A stretch of 64,000 nucleotides of DNA from NCBI GenBank assembly GCA_001179505.1, contig CDMY01000334.1, forward strand, positions 51,835 through 115,834. The letters run 5' to 3'. The notes below the pieces were generated by a model that was given only the letters and a program-made list of their open reading frames with translations, had not been told where the DNA came from and did no database searches. Below are positions 1 through 13,405 of the stretch, piece after piece (the stretch's first letter is position 1; every line of letters starts with the position of its first letter). The DNA is from Vitrella brassicaformis CCMP3155. Taxonomy: Eukaryota > Protista > Chromerida. The translations under genes and the position numbers were made by a program.

Positions 1-197
1 TGCCATCTCGCGGCATCAATCAATCCTGATGCGACATGCATTTCAATGTCGACGACGAACTCACACACAGACGCACACGACAGCGAGACAGTCGCCTCAC
101 GCAAGCGACAAATATATACACACCAGTGATGGACGTACAAAGCAAGCAAACAGGCCATAGCCAAAGCAACTGCTCGTCGAGTACGCGACCTACGCCC

Positions 198-1743
198 CTA
201 TCCTATCTCTGTCTGTCGCCCCCCCGCCCCCCCACGACACAGATCTCTGCACATGAGCATGGCCGGACAGCTGCTCTGCCCCGCGTACGAGAGGATCATT
301 GTCCTTCGGGCATCCTTGTGGATACCTGCAAAGTGCGCTATGAACTCGCTCCCCTCAGCCACAGTCCCCTTTTTGGCTCCATCTGTGGTGCTCAAGGCCT
401 CTCCCCCACAGCTCGTGTCGTTGGCCGCCTTTGTGCCTTTCACACAAAGCGGCCGAGGGGATCTCTGCACACTCATGGTCTGCAGGCCGCCGTCCGGTAG
501 GAGGGCCACCCGGTAGTCGCTGGGAATGGCTGAGGCTCCGTTGCTGAAGGAGAGCGCGCACTCACAGTCGACGGGCAGGCTCCAGTTCGGTTCCTTCCAC
601 TTGCGTCGAAGGCTTTGGAGGCGGTGGTTGGGGAGGATGGCCACCTCGTTGGCAACCAGAGGGTCGACCAGCTTCATGCACTCGTCGCCGGCGCACTTCT
701 TCATGCACCGCTTGAAGCGCCGCCGACACTTGCGCCTCTGCTCGTGTGGGAGAAGCCGCCAGTTGAGCGAGATTTGCTCGCCGGGCATCGCGCCCTTGTA
801 CGCCGGCTGGGGCGGCCCAATGGCTTCGTCTTTGATCACTTCCAGCGTGCCCTCCAGGACCTCACGAGTGAAGTTGCTACGCGACCACACCATCACCCCT
901 AAACGAACCAACACACCGAGAGAGAGAGAGAGAGAGAGAGAAGCACCGGCAGACTCATGAACGAAAGAAAGAGAATGAGACGATTTGTGTGTGGTCGACC
1001 CATGACCTTCGCACCAGAGTTGAAGAGGAATGGGCTGATGTCCGACGCAAGGAGGGCTTTCTTGTCGGGGAACTCCTCGATGAAGTGGTGAATGGGCTGG
1101 CTGCAGTTGACAAAGATGGTGTCAGCGTCGGCCCACACGACGTAGTCGATGGGCACCTCATTGGGGCTGGCCGTAAAATTCATGAGTTCAAGCATCAGCT
1201 CCAGCTTCGCCCGGTAAGCCCCCTTCGGGCCCGGCGGCGCGCTCTCCTGAAACAAGGTGATGCTCCGATACCCGTGGATGCTGGAGTACCTGAGGGCCGG
1301 CCGACCATCCAGCAGGCGCCAGACACACAATCAGACACATACCAATCAATCGACCAGCATCAGTGATAGTTGGCCTCCCTCTGTTTCTCTTTATTTTGCG
1401 CACATTCTGTGGTTCTCAAAGGCAGCCTCGAGCCACTCTGCCTTATGGCCAAAGGCAGCGGTGAGGATGACCAGTCGCGATGAAGGCCACGTGGGAGGCG
1501 GCGGGGGAGCTTCGAAAATGAACCGGCGTCGGAAGGCTTGCAGCACCAGGCCAAGGTGGGGTCGGAGGTGCCAGTGAAACACTGCCAACGGGGAGACAGT
1601 CGCAGACACACAGACACAGGCGGTGACAGCCCTTTCCTCTCTGCTCTGCCACATGCCCGTCCGTGCCTACCGGCGCCGCCATAGAGCAGGACGGTGACGA
1701 AGAAGAATGCTTGGGCGCCTGTGATCAACAGAAGCTGCACCAT
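198..1743 (-). CDS. Glycosyltransferase family 34 (galactosyl/xylosyl/mannosyl transferase GMA12/MNN10-like), type II membrane protein, spliced
   Basis: N-terminal hydrophobic anchor MVQLLLITGAQAFFFVTVLLYGG. The spliced frame gives ENHRM|YSSIHGYR, AKLELMLELM, a DxD motif (VVWADADTIF), FNSG and a late HFAG motif. GT-AG junctions restore the frame. Confidence 0.8.
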
Positions 1744-1819
1744 CGGGCATCGCCTCAAAATTTACTTCCGTACAACCCCTTGTAAATGTAAATGCCGAGA
1801 CACATCAGATGCGCGGGGC

Positions 1820-2795
1820 ATGTCATCAGGCCACACACGGCATCATGCAAGGCAGCAGAGGAACATGCCACGCAGAGAGACAAGGCCAAAACTTACAGAA
1901 GGCAGTCTGGGTGGTGAGAGGGAGCGGGAGGGCAGGCCCGTGCGCAAGGGGCAGCTCAAGAGGAAGGTGCAGAGCGACCATGACGATGACGACAATGACA
2001 ACGACGATGACGATGAGCGCGACGAGGACGAGGAAGAGAGTGAGGAGGTCAGAGGAGAGAGAGAGCGAGAGAGATGCCATTGGGATGCCACACACATGCG
2101 CTCTTGCGTGCGTCGTGTGTGTCGATGTGTGTGTGAATGGGCGCGTGGGTATGGCGGCAGGATGACGACGAGGACGAGAAGCCCAAGAAACCCAAGGTCA
2201 GCCAGACACCTCACACACCAAACAGTGCACCCGCGACATCCCCCCCCCNNNNNNNNNNNNNNNNNNNNNNNNNNNNNNNNNNNNNNNNNNNNNNNNNNNN
2301 NNNNNNNNNNNNNNNNNNNNNNNNNNNNNNNNNNNNNNNNNNNNNNNNNNNNNNNNNNNNNNNNNNNNNNNNNNNNNNNNNNNNNNNNNNNNNNNNNNNN
2401 NNNNNNNNNNNNNNNNNNNNNNNNNNNNNNNNNNNNNNNNNNNNNNNNNNNNNNNNNNNNNNNNNNNNNNNNNNNNNNNNNNNNNNNNNNNNNNNNNNNN
2501 NNNNNNNNNNNNNNNNNNNNNNNNNNNNNNNNNNNNNNNNNNNNNNNNGACATCCCCCCCCCCCCCTCTCTGTGTGTGTGTGTGTTGAATGAGTGAAGGC
2601 GGCCAAGGCCAAGGCCAAGCCCAAAACCAAGCAGGCGGCCAAGCGCCCAGCCAATGACGACGACGATGATGAGGACGGTAAGTGCCCGCTGACAAAGAAC
2701 TGATGCACGCGCCACTGGCGTCTGAATGTGTGTGGCAGGACTGCGCGGCTGCTGCTGCTGCTGCCGCCAAGGGCAAGGCTAAGGCCAAGGGCCTG
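1820..2795 (+). CDS. Hypothetical low-complexity acidic/Lys-Ala-rich protein (spans a gap; 3' end uncertain)
   Basis: Exon-like blocks RKGQLKRKVQSDHDDDDND..., DDDEDEKPKKPK and AAKAKAKPKTKQAAKRPANDDDDDED, bounded by AG/GT. No recognisable domain. Confidence 0.35.
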
Positions 2796-3619
2796 GTACA
2801 CACACACACCACACACAGTCCACACACACAGTGCAGGTGTGCCTCCCTCCCTCCCTCCCTCTCCCTCTCTCTGTGTGTGTGTGGTCTGTTCTGTGATCTG
2901 ACGGCTCCACAGGACTTTGAGGGTGGAGGGATGGTGAAAGGATGGATCAGCCGCTATCGTATCAGATCGTATTGCGTGGCACTGTCGAAAGACGCGGGAG
3001 AGAGGGGGAGAGAGAGGAGTGTAGCCATATTATCGGACAGCCATCGAGTCAGCCGGTTAGCCAGCCGGCCGGACAGCCACCTGCCGGCAGACTCCCTCAT
3101 CGATCCACCCATCCACACACTCCATACCATGCCACTGCATGCCACACACACACACACACTCGAGTATACCATAGCCATAGCTCTCGGGTGGGATGGGTTG
3201 GGTGGCCTGTAGATGCCTGCCTGCCTGCCTGCCTGCATCATTCTATCCATGCAGTGATCTGATCTGACGGCGGCATGCATGCGCTTAATACGCTATCTGA
3301 TCTGTACAGGAAGCGGAGCAGACCGGCTCATGCTCATGCTCATGCTCATGCTCATCCATGGTTATTGGATGGACCGGACCTACTGCTTAATTAGTGAGTC
3401 TGAATCCTCTCACAGACAGCAAAGAGAGAGACAAGGAGAAAGAGGGAGACAAGGCCTTGTGTTCAGAAACCAACGAGTGTGCTAAAAAAAAAGGCGGGGT
3501 ACAATGTCGGCGGGCAGAGAGAGGAGGGCACCGACATTGTAACCCGCCGTGCACACCCGTCCGGATATAAGATGTAGGCAGCGATCATGCAACCATCCAT
3601 CCAACCATCCATCCCTTCA

Positions 3620-4520
3620 GCAGTGATGAGCAGGTGGCCCTGAACCACACACACACACACACACAAACACACCTCGACATTCAATTTGTCAACATTCGCT
3701 TGTGTTTGGTCTCTCCGTCTCTTGTTAGCTTACACGAATGTGATACACTGCCTAAAACCGTCATCTGCCCTTGATTACCGACAGACGATCGGCACCAGTC
3801 AGTGGTGCTCCGGGTGTTGATGAGGCCTTCTCTCTCTTCAGCCACACCTCCAACTCTGAAGCAGAAACCTGTCAGTGTGTGTGGGTGTATTATGCATCCA
3901 TCCTCTGCGCATGGGTGGGTGGCTTCCTGCTTACTTGATGTAAGTAGAAGTGAGCCGCGCGTAGGTCCGGGCACTTGTTCGGTCCTGCCGTCGAGATTGG
4001 TAAGGTAGGTGTGAGAGCCAACGGTCATCCATCCATCCAGCGATCGAATGACTCGCGCCCTGAACACATTATAAACAGACACGCGCAGGAAGGAACCAAA
4101 ACGCCGTGAGTGAGTGAGCACACCTCTGTCGATGCGTGTGGGGGGGACTGACTGACTTACCTCGAGAGAGACAGTGCATTCTGTCAAAAGCACGGCCATC
4201 AGGAGAAAGAATCAAACTTCCATCATCTGCACACAAGCATGCCAGCAGGGCACAGTGAGATCACCACAGCAATGAAACAGACTACGCAGTCATCCTTGTC
4301 ATCCTTGAACATCATCCAAACATAATACCATTACCTTAGCCAATGTACTTACTTGAGGGGATGTTTTGAAGGCAAAAGAAGGCGTGCGCGCACTCGGCTG
4401 ACGCCAGACAGGTGTCAGGTAGTCTCCACCCATTCAGCAGAAGAAAGGGCGCCAGCAACCGGCTGAGGCACTCGCGGCACGGCGGTAGAGGACGAAAGTG
4501 GCAGGCAAACGACATTCGGA
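3620..4520 (-). other. Possible spliced transcript (short exon-like blocks), coding status unclear
   Basis: Minus-strand GTAAGT donors near 4350 and 4160 with exon-like open blocks (e.g. DGSLILSPDGRAFDRMHCLSR). No domain recognised. Confidence 0.2.
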
Positions 4521-5077
4521 CAAGTCGGAGCGGGAGGGGATGGGCGGACCACACAAGCCAACGACCACTCACCAAGGGAGGAGGGAGGCTCAGGCTGATC
4601 GATGTCAGCGCCTGACGGGCGGGCGGTCAGGGGCGGTCAGGTGGACTCGTCCTCTTCGCAAACGGCGAGCAGGGGGGGCTGTGTGGGCCTCGGGCGGGTG
4701 GCGCCCGACCTCTCCCGCCGAAATATGAAAGGAAACGAAGGAGATGTGAGGCGAACAGTGGGAAATGAGGAGAGCTGGCGTGGAAAATGTCCGCTTAATT
4801 CTCGCCGCGATTCTCGCCACAAGCTCGCATGTTTTTTTTCTTTTCTGAAGCGCTCCTGGTTCGCCACCCTCTCCTTTTCATCATTGTCCTCAAGCTGTCC
4901 ATTGTGTGAAGTCTGCCCACAGACAGCCCGCATCTGATTCTGGCGCGTTGCACTGATTCTCTGCGTGTGTCATGTATTGGTCCATTGGATAATGAACATT
5001 ATCCATGCGTGTGCGTGCTTGCGTAGGGGGAGGGAACTGAGTGACTGACTGACAGGCTTTCTCAGGAGGGGAAGGCA

Positions 5078-5100
5078 AGGGTTTCAGGCTAGGGTAACCC
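5078..5100. promoter_or_regulatory. Telo-box-like motif upstream of the Argonaute gene
   Basis: AGGGTTTCAGGCTAGGGTAACCC about 260 nt before the ATG at 5359. Similar motifs precede other genes in the window. Confidence 0.4.
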
Positions 5101-5358
5101 GTCAAATCATTCCTAGTAGCCATTTTCCCTTCGGTTCGGTCCTTTTCGCGCTTTCCGAGATCTCTGCCATCTCTGTCGGCACGCGAGCTCTCGGTTGCGT
5201 GCCTTTCGCCTCAGCGCCCACCCTATCCTGCTCACCTCTCAGCACCTCCAAGTCACCAGCCAGTCGAGGAGGCCGCGTAAGACGCCACCCAGGGCTCCGC
5301 TGACCGCCGGATCTGCGCACCCCTCCCGCCTCGCACGCCGTCCTCAACTCTCGCCAAG

Positions 5359-8300
5359 ATGTCTGTCAGAGAGCTGCTCGACAGCAACGTGGTGCGGCGT
5401 GACCGGTTCGGAGGAGATGGAGGGCACTACGACGGGCAGAACCGGAACGCCAAGGCCATCAGGGCGCTGACCAACCTCATTGAAGGTGCGCTGGGATGCA
5501 TGCGACACAACACGCACTGTGTGCGGGTGTGGGTGGTGGTGCGGGCGTGTGGCGGTGGGACAAGTCGTGAGACGGGCTGAGACAGATGTGGGCGTGACGG
5601 GCGGGAGGGTGGGAATGTGTGGTGTGGCGGTTTCGACGCGTGGTGTGTCACCCTTGTGTGTCTGTGTGTGCATGTGTGCTGGTGTCGGTTGCAGTCACGG
5701 TTGGCGCCAAGGAGAAGGGCCAGGAACCCCACCTGCACATCTACTCAATCAAGTGAGAGCACTGGACATGCACTGACCGACTGATTGAGTGGTTGAATGG
5801 CCACTTTCTCTCTCTGTGTGTGCAGGTTCAACCCACCTCTGTCAGGTGCGTGTGGGTGTGGTGGCGGTGTGGGGAGGTGTGTGTCCGCTGTGTGGCGTGT
5901 CCATCTGTGTGTGGCGGTCGTGCAGGTGACTTCCGCGTCCAGTCGAAGATCATCAACACGGCAGGAGCTGACGGCATCAAGAAGGAACTCCAAGAACTCA
6001 AGCTCAAGGGAGCCCTCTTCACCGTACGCACACCACACCCCGCCCCGCCCCCAACACGCCCACACACACACACCTGCACACCTGTCTGTTTGTGTGTGTG
6101 GATGCGGTGTACACACCTGCAGGGGACGGCGTTGCTGACGATCAAGGAGACGGGCTGGGAGGGCGAGAGCAGGACCTTCGACAAGGTCCTGGGCGGCACC
6201 AACACGGAGGTGCAGGTCGCGTGGAAGGTGGCCGTGCCCCTCTCGCCCATGGCCATCACCCCGCAGACCCACTCTGACGAAGGAATCCGCGCCAAGATGA
6301 TCAACGCACAGGTGGGTGCCGGGGGGGGGGGGGGTCACGNNNNNNNNNNNNNNNNNNNNNNNNNNNNNNNNNNNNNNNNNNNNNNNNNNNNNNNNNNNNN
6401 NNNNNNNNNNNNNNNNNNNNNNNNNNNNNNNNNNNNNNNNNNNNNNNNNNNNNNNNNNNNNNNNNNNNNNNNNNNNNNNNNNNNNNNNNNNNNNNNNNNN
6501 NNNNNNNNNNNNNNNNNNNNNNNNNNNNNNNNNNNNNNNNNNNNNNNNNNNNNNNNNNNNNNNNNNNNNNNNNNNNNNNNNNNNNNNNNNNNNNNNNNNN
6601 NNNNNNNNNNNNNNNNNNNNNNNNNNNNNNNNNNNNNNNGGCGGGGGGGGGGGGGGTCACGTGTTGTGTTGTGTCTGTCTGTGTTGTGTGCAGAGTTTCT
6701 TCGTCGACAATGCCGTGCGCTCGGCGCTACGCGCCAACGAAGTCCTGCATCAGCTGCGCGACAGCTTCTACAAGTATGTGTCTGTTGTGTGTCGTTGGCC
6801 ACCACACACCACACCACACCACACCACACACCCATCCCATCCCATCGTGTGTGTGCGTCTGTGTTGTTTGCCGGACAGGCTGGCAGAGGCGCGTGACATC
6901 TCGGTGACGCAGGCACTCAAGCTCTCCCTCGCCAAGGGATTCAAGACGGTAGGTCGACTCTCAAGGTTCGCCAGCCATGATTGGGGTCGAATCGCGGGGC
7001 ACGCCAGCCATACACATTGGGAGGCTGCATGTGGTGGTTCGTTGATTCAGGCGGCGTTGCCCATCGCCCGCGGCCCCCACGTCGCGCTGGCACTCAACCA
7101 CCTGTGGGCCCTCAACTGCACACACACATACACACCAACACATCCCATCACAATGATCATATGTCAGTGTCGTCTGTGTGTGTGTGTGTGTGCAGCATCA
7201 GTCAGTACCGACCTGCAACAGACAGACAGACAGACAGAGCCCGACATGTGATCATTGTGATGGGATGTGTTGTGTGTCTGTGTGTATACAGTTGAGGGCG
7301 AGGCCCGCAAGTTGATCGAGGACATCTACAGCCGCACCAGCGGCACTGAGGAGGAGAGACGACACGCCGTCAAGGACGTACTCGAGGGACGGTACCGCAC
7401 ACACACACAGAGAGAGAGACAGACAGACACTCGCGCGTGGCACTGTGTGTGTGTGTGTTGTGCAGCACCATCACGACGCAGCACGTCAAGCAGGCCTACA
7501 CCATCGTACGCACACACGCCTCACTCACTCAGTCAGTCACCCAGACACGCGCACATCTGGTGCTGTGGTCGCTGTGTTGTGCTGTGGTGTGGTGTGGTGG
7601 ATGCAGCACGAGATCGACTACACCAAGACAGCCGACAGGTCACACAAACAAACACCGCAGTCGATACGATGAAGCAATGCATTGAGTCACTCTCTCCGTG
7701 TGAGTGAGTGTGTGTGTGCATTCCTGCTCGGTGGCTGCAGTATGTTTGAGTCGGGCGGCCAGCAGACATCGTTCAGAGCAGTGAGCAGAACACGCTCATG
7801 GATGGACGGATGGATGGATGGATGGGTGTGTGTGTGTGTGTGCAGTACTTCAAGACGCGCTACGACATTGATCTCCCCCCCGGCAGCGTCCCGCCCATGC
7901 TGGTACGGATGCTACCTGCCTCCACAGACACATCAATCACACTCTGACTGACATTGTTGACCCCCTCTCACTGTGTGTGCAGGTGTGTCTGCGTGGCCGT
8001 CGCGAGTGCGTCATTCCACCCGCTGTGGTCAGTCAGTCAGGCTGCATAGCACTCACTCACTCCACACACGTGTCTGTCTGGATGTCTCTATGTGTGTGAC
8101 GTGTGTGATGTGTGTGATGTGTTAGTGTCGTGTGACGGGTGCGCCCAAGCGTGGCGACGAGCGCACGCGCCGCACCATGATCTCAGAGACGTACGCACAA
8201 CCCCCTCTCTCCNNNNNNNNNNNNNNNNNNNNNNNNNNNNNNNNNNNNNNNNNNNNNNNNNNNNNNNNNNNNNNNNNNNNNNNNNNNNNNNNNNNNNNNN

Positions 8301-11300
8301 NNNNNNNNNNNNNNNNNNNNNNNNNNNNNNNNNNNNNNNNNNNNNNNNNNNNNNNNNNNNNNNNNNNNNNNNNNNNNNNNNNNNNNNNNNNNNNNNNNNN
8401 NNNNNNNNNNNNNNNNNNNNNNNNNNNNNNNNNNNNNNNNNNNNNNNNNNNNNNNNNNNNNNNNNNNNNNNNNNNNNNNNNNNNNNNNNNNNNNNNNNNN
8501 NNNNNNNNNNNNCCCCCCCGGCACTTTTCCCCCCGTGTGTCATGTCTGTCTGTGTGTCTGTGTGTCTGTGTGTCTGTGTGTCTGTCAGTCGTATGGATCC
8601 GACCGAGCGCATGAGACACCTCAACGAGCTGCTGCCTCTGTTCGGCCAGGCGGCCACGGCCAACTCCCTCCAGGAGAGCGGCATCCAGCTGGCCGACCAG
8701 TTCCTCCAGGCACGTGTGTGTGCGTGTGAAGGGTGGGCAATGGAGGATGAATGGCATTGTGAACCGACCGACCCATGGATGGACGGATGGACGTGTGTGT
8801 GTGTGGATGGTCAGGTGGAGGGCTGGGAACTCGACAAGAACCTCTTCAAGTGCGACATCGGCAAGAGAGACGTACGCGAGATGACACACACACACACACA
8901 ACACCAGGACATACACAGAGACGTCCGTGCCTTATCCCTCCCTCCCTCCATCCCTCCTTTGCTCGTGTGTGTGTGTGTGCAGACGATCGACCCGAGTATG
9001 TTGGACCAGCTGCAGAAGCAGTCGGTGGCCAAGCCGCCACCCCTCGTCGTCGACCAGAACAGCATCATGGCAGTGTGCGTCATCCACGAGCAGGGCGAAA
9101 GACAGCTCGGACCCTTCCTAGGCGCACTCAGAACGCAACTCGACACGTACGCCTCTCTCTCTCTCTCTCTCTCTTTCTCACACACAGAGGGATGGACGGA
9201 TGCCCTCTCGTGGGTGTGTGGGTGTGTGCAAATACCGCGTGCGTGTGGCCTCTGAGCCATTCTGCATCCCGGTGGTTGGTCGTGGCAGGCCCGAGGACAG
9301 GTGGAAAGAGGCGGCGCAGCAGGGCGTCGAGAGGATGCTCCAAATGGGCAACATAGACCCCAAAGAACACGCTCTCGGGTACACACACACACACGTGGAG
9401 GAGTGGGAGAGGCAGAGAGAGAGCTGTGCGTTGACTGCATCCGTGTGTGTGTGTGTGTGTGCAGGTGTCTGCTGCTGGCGATCATCCCGGACAGCCTCGA
9501 GAAGGTCGTCTACAAGCCCATCAAGAACGTAGGCAAACACATACACACACACTCACTGGAGGGATGGACGGGCGGATGGGATTGGCGGATGCACTCCCTC
9601 CCTCCCTCCCTGTGTCTCTGTCTGTTGTGCTCAGGTGTCCTATGTGCAGTATGCCGTCACCTGCCAGTGCATCAAGCGCGGCACCATCGAGAAGAAGATG
9701 ACGGTAGGTACCCACTCAATCGCTCACTTGGCCATTGCTCACACTCATCCCTCTGTATGTGTGGTGCGGTGTGCTAATGCCCTCGACCAACGCATCGCAT
9801 CAGGTGGTCGCTCCCAAGTTGGTGACGCAGATCATCTGCAAGATGGGCGGCCACGGCTGGTCGATCCCGGCCATCAAAGGTGAGAGAGATGGGGCGAGTG
9901 ACACACAGCACAGCACAAGACACCACATCACACACAACAACACGGCCCCACACAATCCCCCATGCTTGTGTGTGTGTGTGTGCAGATTCCATCAGCCCGC
10001 CCGACAGGGGGCCCAAGCCGACAATGGCCATCGGCATCAACATGGGCAAGTGCCTCAGCAGCGCCATGTGTGCCTTCACCGCATCGGTCAATATCGAGTA
10101 CGCACCCAGTCAGACATCCCCACCTCCCCCCACCGCCCCACCGCCCAGCCCATTCACCATTGGGGTGTGTGTGTGTCTGTGTCCGTGTGTGTGTGTGTAG
10201 GTTCACGAGTTACGTGTCGGTGGTGGAGTTTCTGCAGCAGGACGACCCTGCCGGCGGCGGCCGCAAGCAGAGCTACAAAGAGAAGGAGGCCGAGGCGTTC
10301 AAGCACTCCCAAGTTCGTCCAGGCCTTCGCACAGTCCAACCAAGGCAAAAAACCTGCGTAAAAAGGAGGACAGACACAGCAGATAGACAGGCAAGCTTGT
10401 GTGCGTCTGCGTGACTGTGTGGCTGTGTGTGTGTGTCGGTCGGTCAGCCGCATCATCATATACCGCGATGGCGTGCCCGAGGCCGAGAAACCCGACTTCT
10501 TCAAGTGAGTGAGTCATCGCATCGCGGCCATGGATGCATCTCTCTCTCTGTGTGTGTGTGTGTGTGTGGGTGGGTGGATGGGTGGTCAGGTACTACATGA
10601 ATTCAGGCAGGAAGGCGAGCCCAGCTGCGGTCCCATGAGGGTTTCGAGAACTGCAACCCTGCCGTCCTCCTGTGCATCGTACGCCCACCACCACCACCCA
10701 CACACACATACACACACACGCTCACATAGTGGGTGGATGGATGGATGGATGACACACCCCCTCCCCCCTCTCTCTCTGAATGGATGGATGGATCGTGTGT
10801 GTGTGTGTGTGTGGTGCAGGTGAGCAAGCGTGGCCCGGGTGCTGTGAATTTCTTCCAGATCACCGGAGAGGGCAGGGATGGCACTCCACAGGTAGGCGCC
10901 TGAACGACTGAGGGGGCGGTGGGGGCCTTAGGTTACATCCGTTGTGCTGTGTCTATTGTGTGTCTATTGTGTGTGTAGGTCAGGAACCCGCCCGAGCGTT
11001 GTGTGTTTGATCGTGACGTGACCTACAACTACAAGTTCGACTTCTGTAAGCGCATTTATTTGCACCCCCACGCGCAGCGCACCCACAGACATACGACATA
11101 GGTAGACGTGTGTGCGTGTGTGTGTCCATGGTGCAGACTGCTGCCATCAGCGCGTCACTCAAGTACGCACGCACAGCAGACAGACAGGCAGACAGACCCA
11201 TGGATGGATGGATGGCTGCCACCGAGCAGGGCTCCATCACGCCGACATACTACGACGTCTTGTACAACGACTTCATCATCAAGAAGGAGGGGCAGGAGGG

Positions 11301-11586
11301 CGGCATGCAGGCAGCCAAATTTCAGGAATTCACACAGCAACTCGCGTCCATCTACCAGAACTGGTACGTACACACACGTGGCTCGAGGGGTGGGGGTCGT
11401 CGTATGGCTGGCTCTATGTACCCATCTATGGTGCGTGTGTGTGCCCGTGTGTGTGTGTTCAGGCCGGGTGGCCCGATTCGCGTGCCTGCGCCACTCATGT
11501 ACGCCGCCAAGCTGTCAGACATGGTGGCCGACCACCTGCGAGAGCAGTTCAACCCACGCCTCCAGAGCTTTCTGTTCTTCCTCTAA
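5359..11586 (+). CDS. PIWI: Piwi-type Argonaute (PAZ-MID-PIWI), more than 25 exons, predicted slicer-inactive; two apparent frameshifts in the PIWI domain
   Basis: EYFKTRYDI (PAZ-like). MID motifs VYKPIKN, AVTCQCI and KLVTQIICKMGG..W. PIWI motifs MAIGINMG, RIIIYRDGV, CIVSKR, NPPERCVFD, GSITPTYYDVL and QNWPGGPIRVPAPLMYAAKL. Piwi-type C-terminus LQSFLFFL* (TAA 11584-11586). Confidence 0.93.
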
Positions 11587-13405
11587 GCCAACACACCCAT
11601 CCTCAGCCACACCTACATGCGCATCAAGGTGCGTGCATCGCATCCACACAGGCAGACGAGCGCACCAAACCACCCACACCCACCCGAGCAGCACATTGCT
11701 CTGTCTGCCTGCCTGCTTGTGTGTGTGTTGGTGCATGTGTGTGGTCGTTCAGCAGTGGTTTTTCCGTCCGTGTCGATGGCTTTGAAGGAGGGCCAGTGGG
11801 ATGGCATCGGTGTGCTGCTGTTTTTGCAATGCAATACGTGTGGGGGGTTGGTGCATACAAGCAGAGATACACACGATACACACCCTGTGTATCGTCAGCA
11901 CATCGCTAGCTGTGGTTTTTCCCCCACTCACTCACCCACTCAGTTGTCGTCTCGTGAACTGTCTACCTGCATATGTATCGATACGTGGCGAGAGGGGAGG
12001 TCTGCCTGTATGGGAGAGAGAAGCTCTGCCTGCATCCATCCAATCGTCCAATCAACCATCTGTGTGTGTGTGTCGGTGTCCGTTGGGGGTGGGTGGGGGG
12101 TTGAAACATGCACACACACGCGTGTATGCGCACGTGTGTGTGTGTGTGTGTGAGGGCCAGCGGCAGTCGTCGGTAGCGGTCCATCCGCGCGCATGGCATG
12201 GCAGCAAGGGAGTATGCCAGGCCATGCCATGGGTGTATTGGATCTTCTGACAATGGTGGGGTTGATGTACTGTGTGAAGGTGAACCTGTGGTCGTAACAC
12301 ATGTGAGCTGGTGACACGTCAGCGCATATGTCTTTTCTTGCGACCACAGGTCTACCGTGACACAGTCTGCATGCCGCCAATTTTGCACCACATACGCGTG
12401 GTGGTTTCGTAGTGTTCCGGACACAATTTGGGTGACATCCCGGGCACGAAAGAGAGAGACACGCGTAGGTCTTTCCGCCATTCATAGGGCCGCCGTCGTT
12501 GTGCATACATTTGTCCGTATGTCTGTCTGTCTGTCTGCAGAGAGTCTGTCTCCCTCCCTCCCTTTGTGCCTGCATGCCTGGATGTCTTATATATATCTAT
12601 ATACATATATATATATATATGTATATACATATTACGTACACCATCACACCGACCGGGTCAGAAAGGAGTGATCGTAAGTAAGGTGACCAATCGATCGCTT
12701 TGCGCATGCGCCATCCGCGTACGCATGTGGACACAAATGAACCGTTCTGGCGCGTGACAACACAATCGCCAAGAGCATCGATCATGATACCGATGAACAC
12801 AACAATTACATGCATGAGCGATTCTGTACAATTCCCGCTTATGTACACTGTATATGTCTTTGCATCACGTGCTGTGCTGCCGAAAAAACGCCAAAGGCTT
12901 CACGCCGAGGGAGATTGAGAGGATGAGTCAAATTAGTCTGTCAGTCGACTGATCGGTCGATCGTATGTTTGTGATTGATAGAGGACTCGCGATCGGCGGC
13001 CGATCCCATACACTCACACACCGTACGTACATACAGAACCAACACAGCTGCTACGATGCGATGTACTCTGTCTCTCAACCGAAAAGACAAAACAAATCGG
13101 CCGCGAGGCTGGAGCGAGTTGGGATGTCTTTCCATGTCACAGGGCCTTGCTTCTCCTCTGATGGAAGCCAACTTATCCACCCCTCGACTCATTGGTTTGT
13201 GTCATATGCACACAATTTTTGTGCAGTGAGACCGCCACTGCTGCTGCCCTCACTCCCCACCGCCCCGTGCAGCTGTCTGTCTGTCTGTCTGTGTGTCCAT
13301 TGATTTGATCAGTGCTGCATCGGCGGCTGAGTGCGGTGACGTTTCGTGAGGTGATGAAGGGCATGGCAGTCGCTGTCGACGCCTCGTCATCGAAACCTAC
13401 AAGTG

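Noticed and set aside
3320-3360. (GCTCAT)n, and similar (GGAT)n, (GACA)n and (CAGCT)n arrays elsewhere, as possible CRISPR-like or coding repeats
   Set aside because: Simple microsatellites with no unique spacers, in a eukaryotic context.
11587-13405. Non-coding stretch with a TA-rich tract (~12590-12635) and short ORFs, a possible transposon remnant or small-RNA locus
   Set aside because: No terminal repeats, transposase or RT motifs, or coding-like ORF recognisable.
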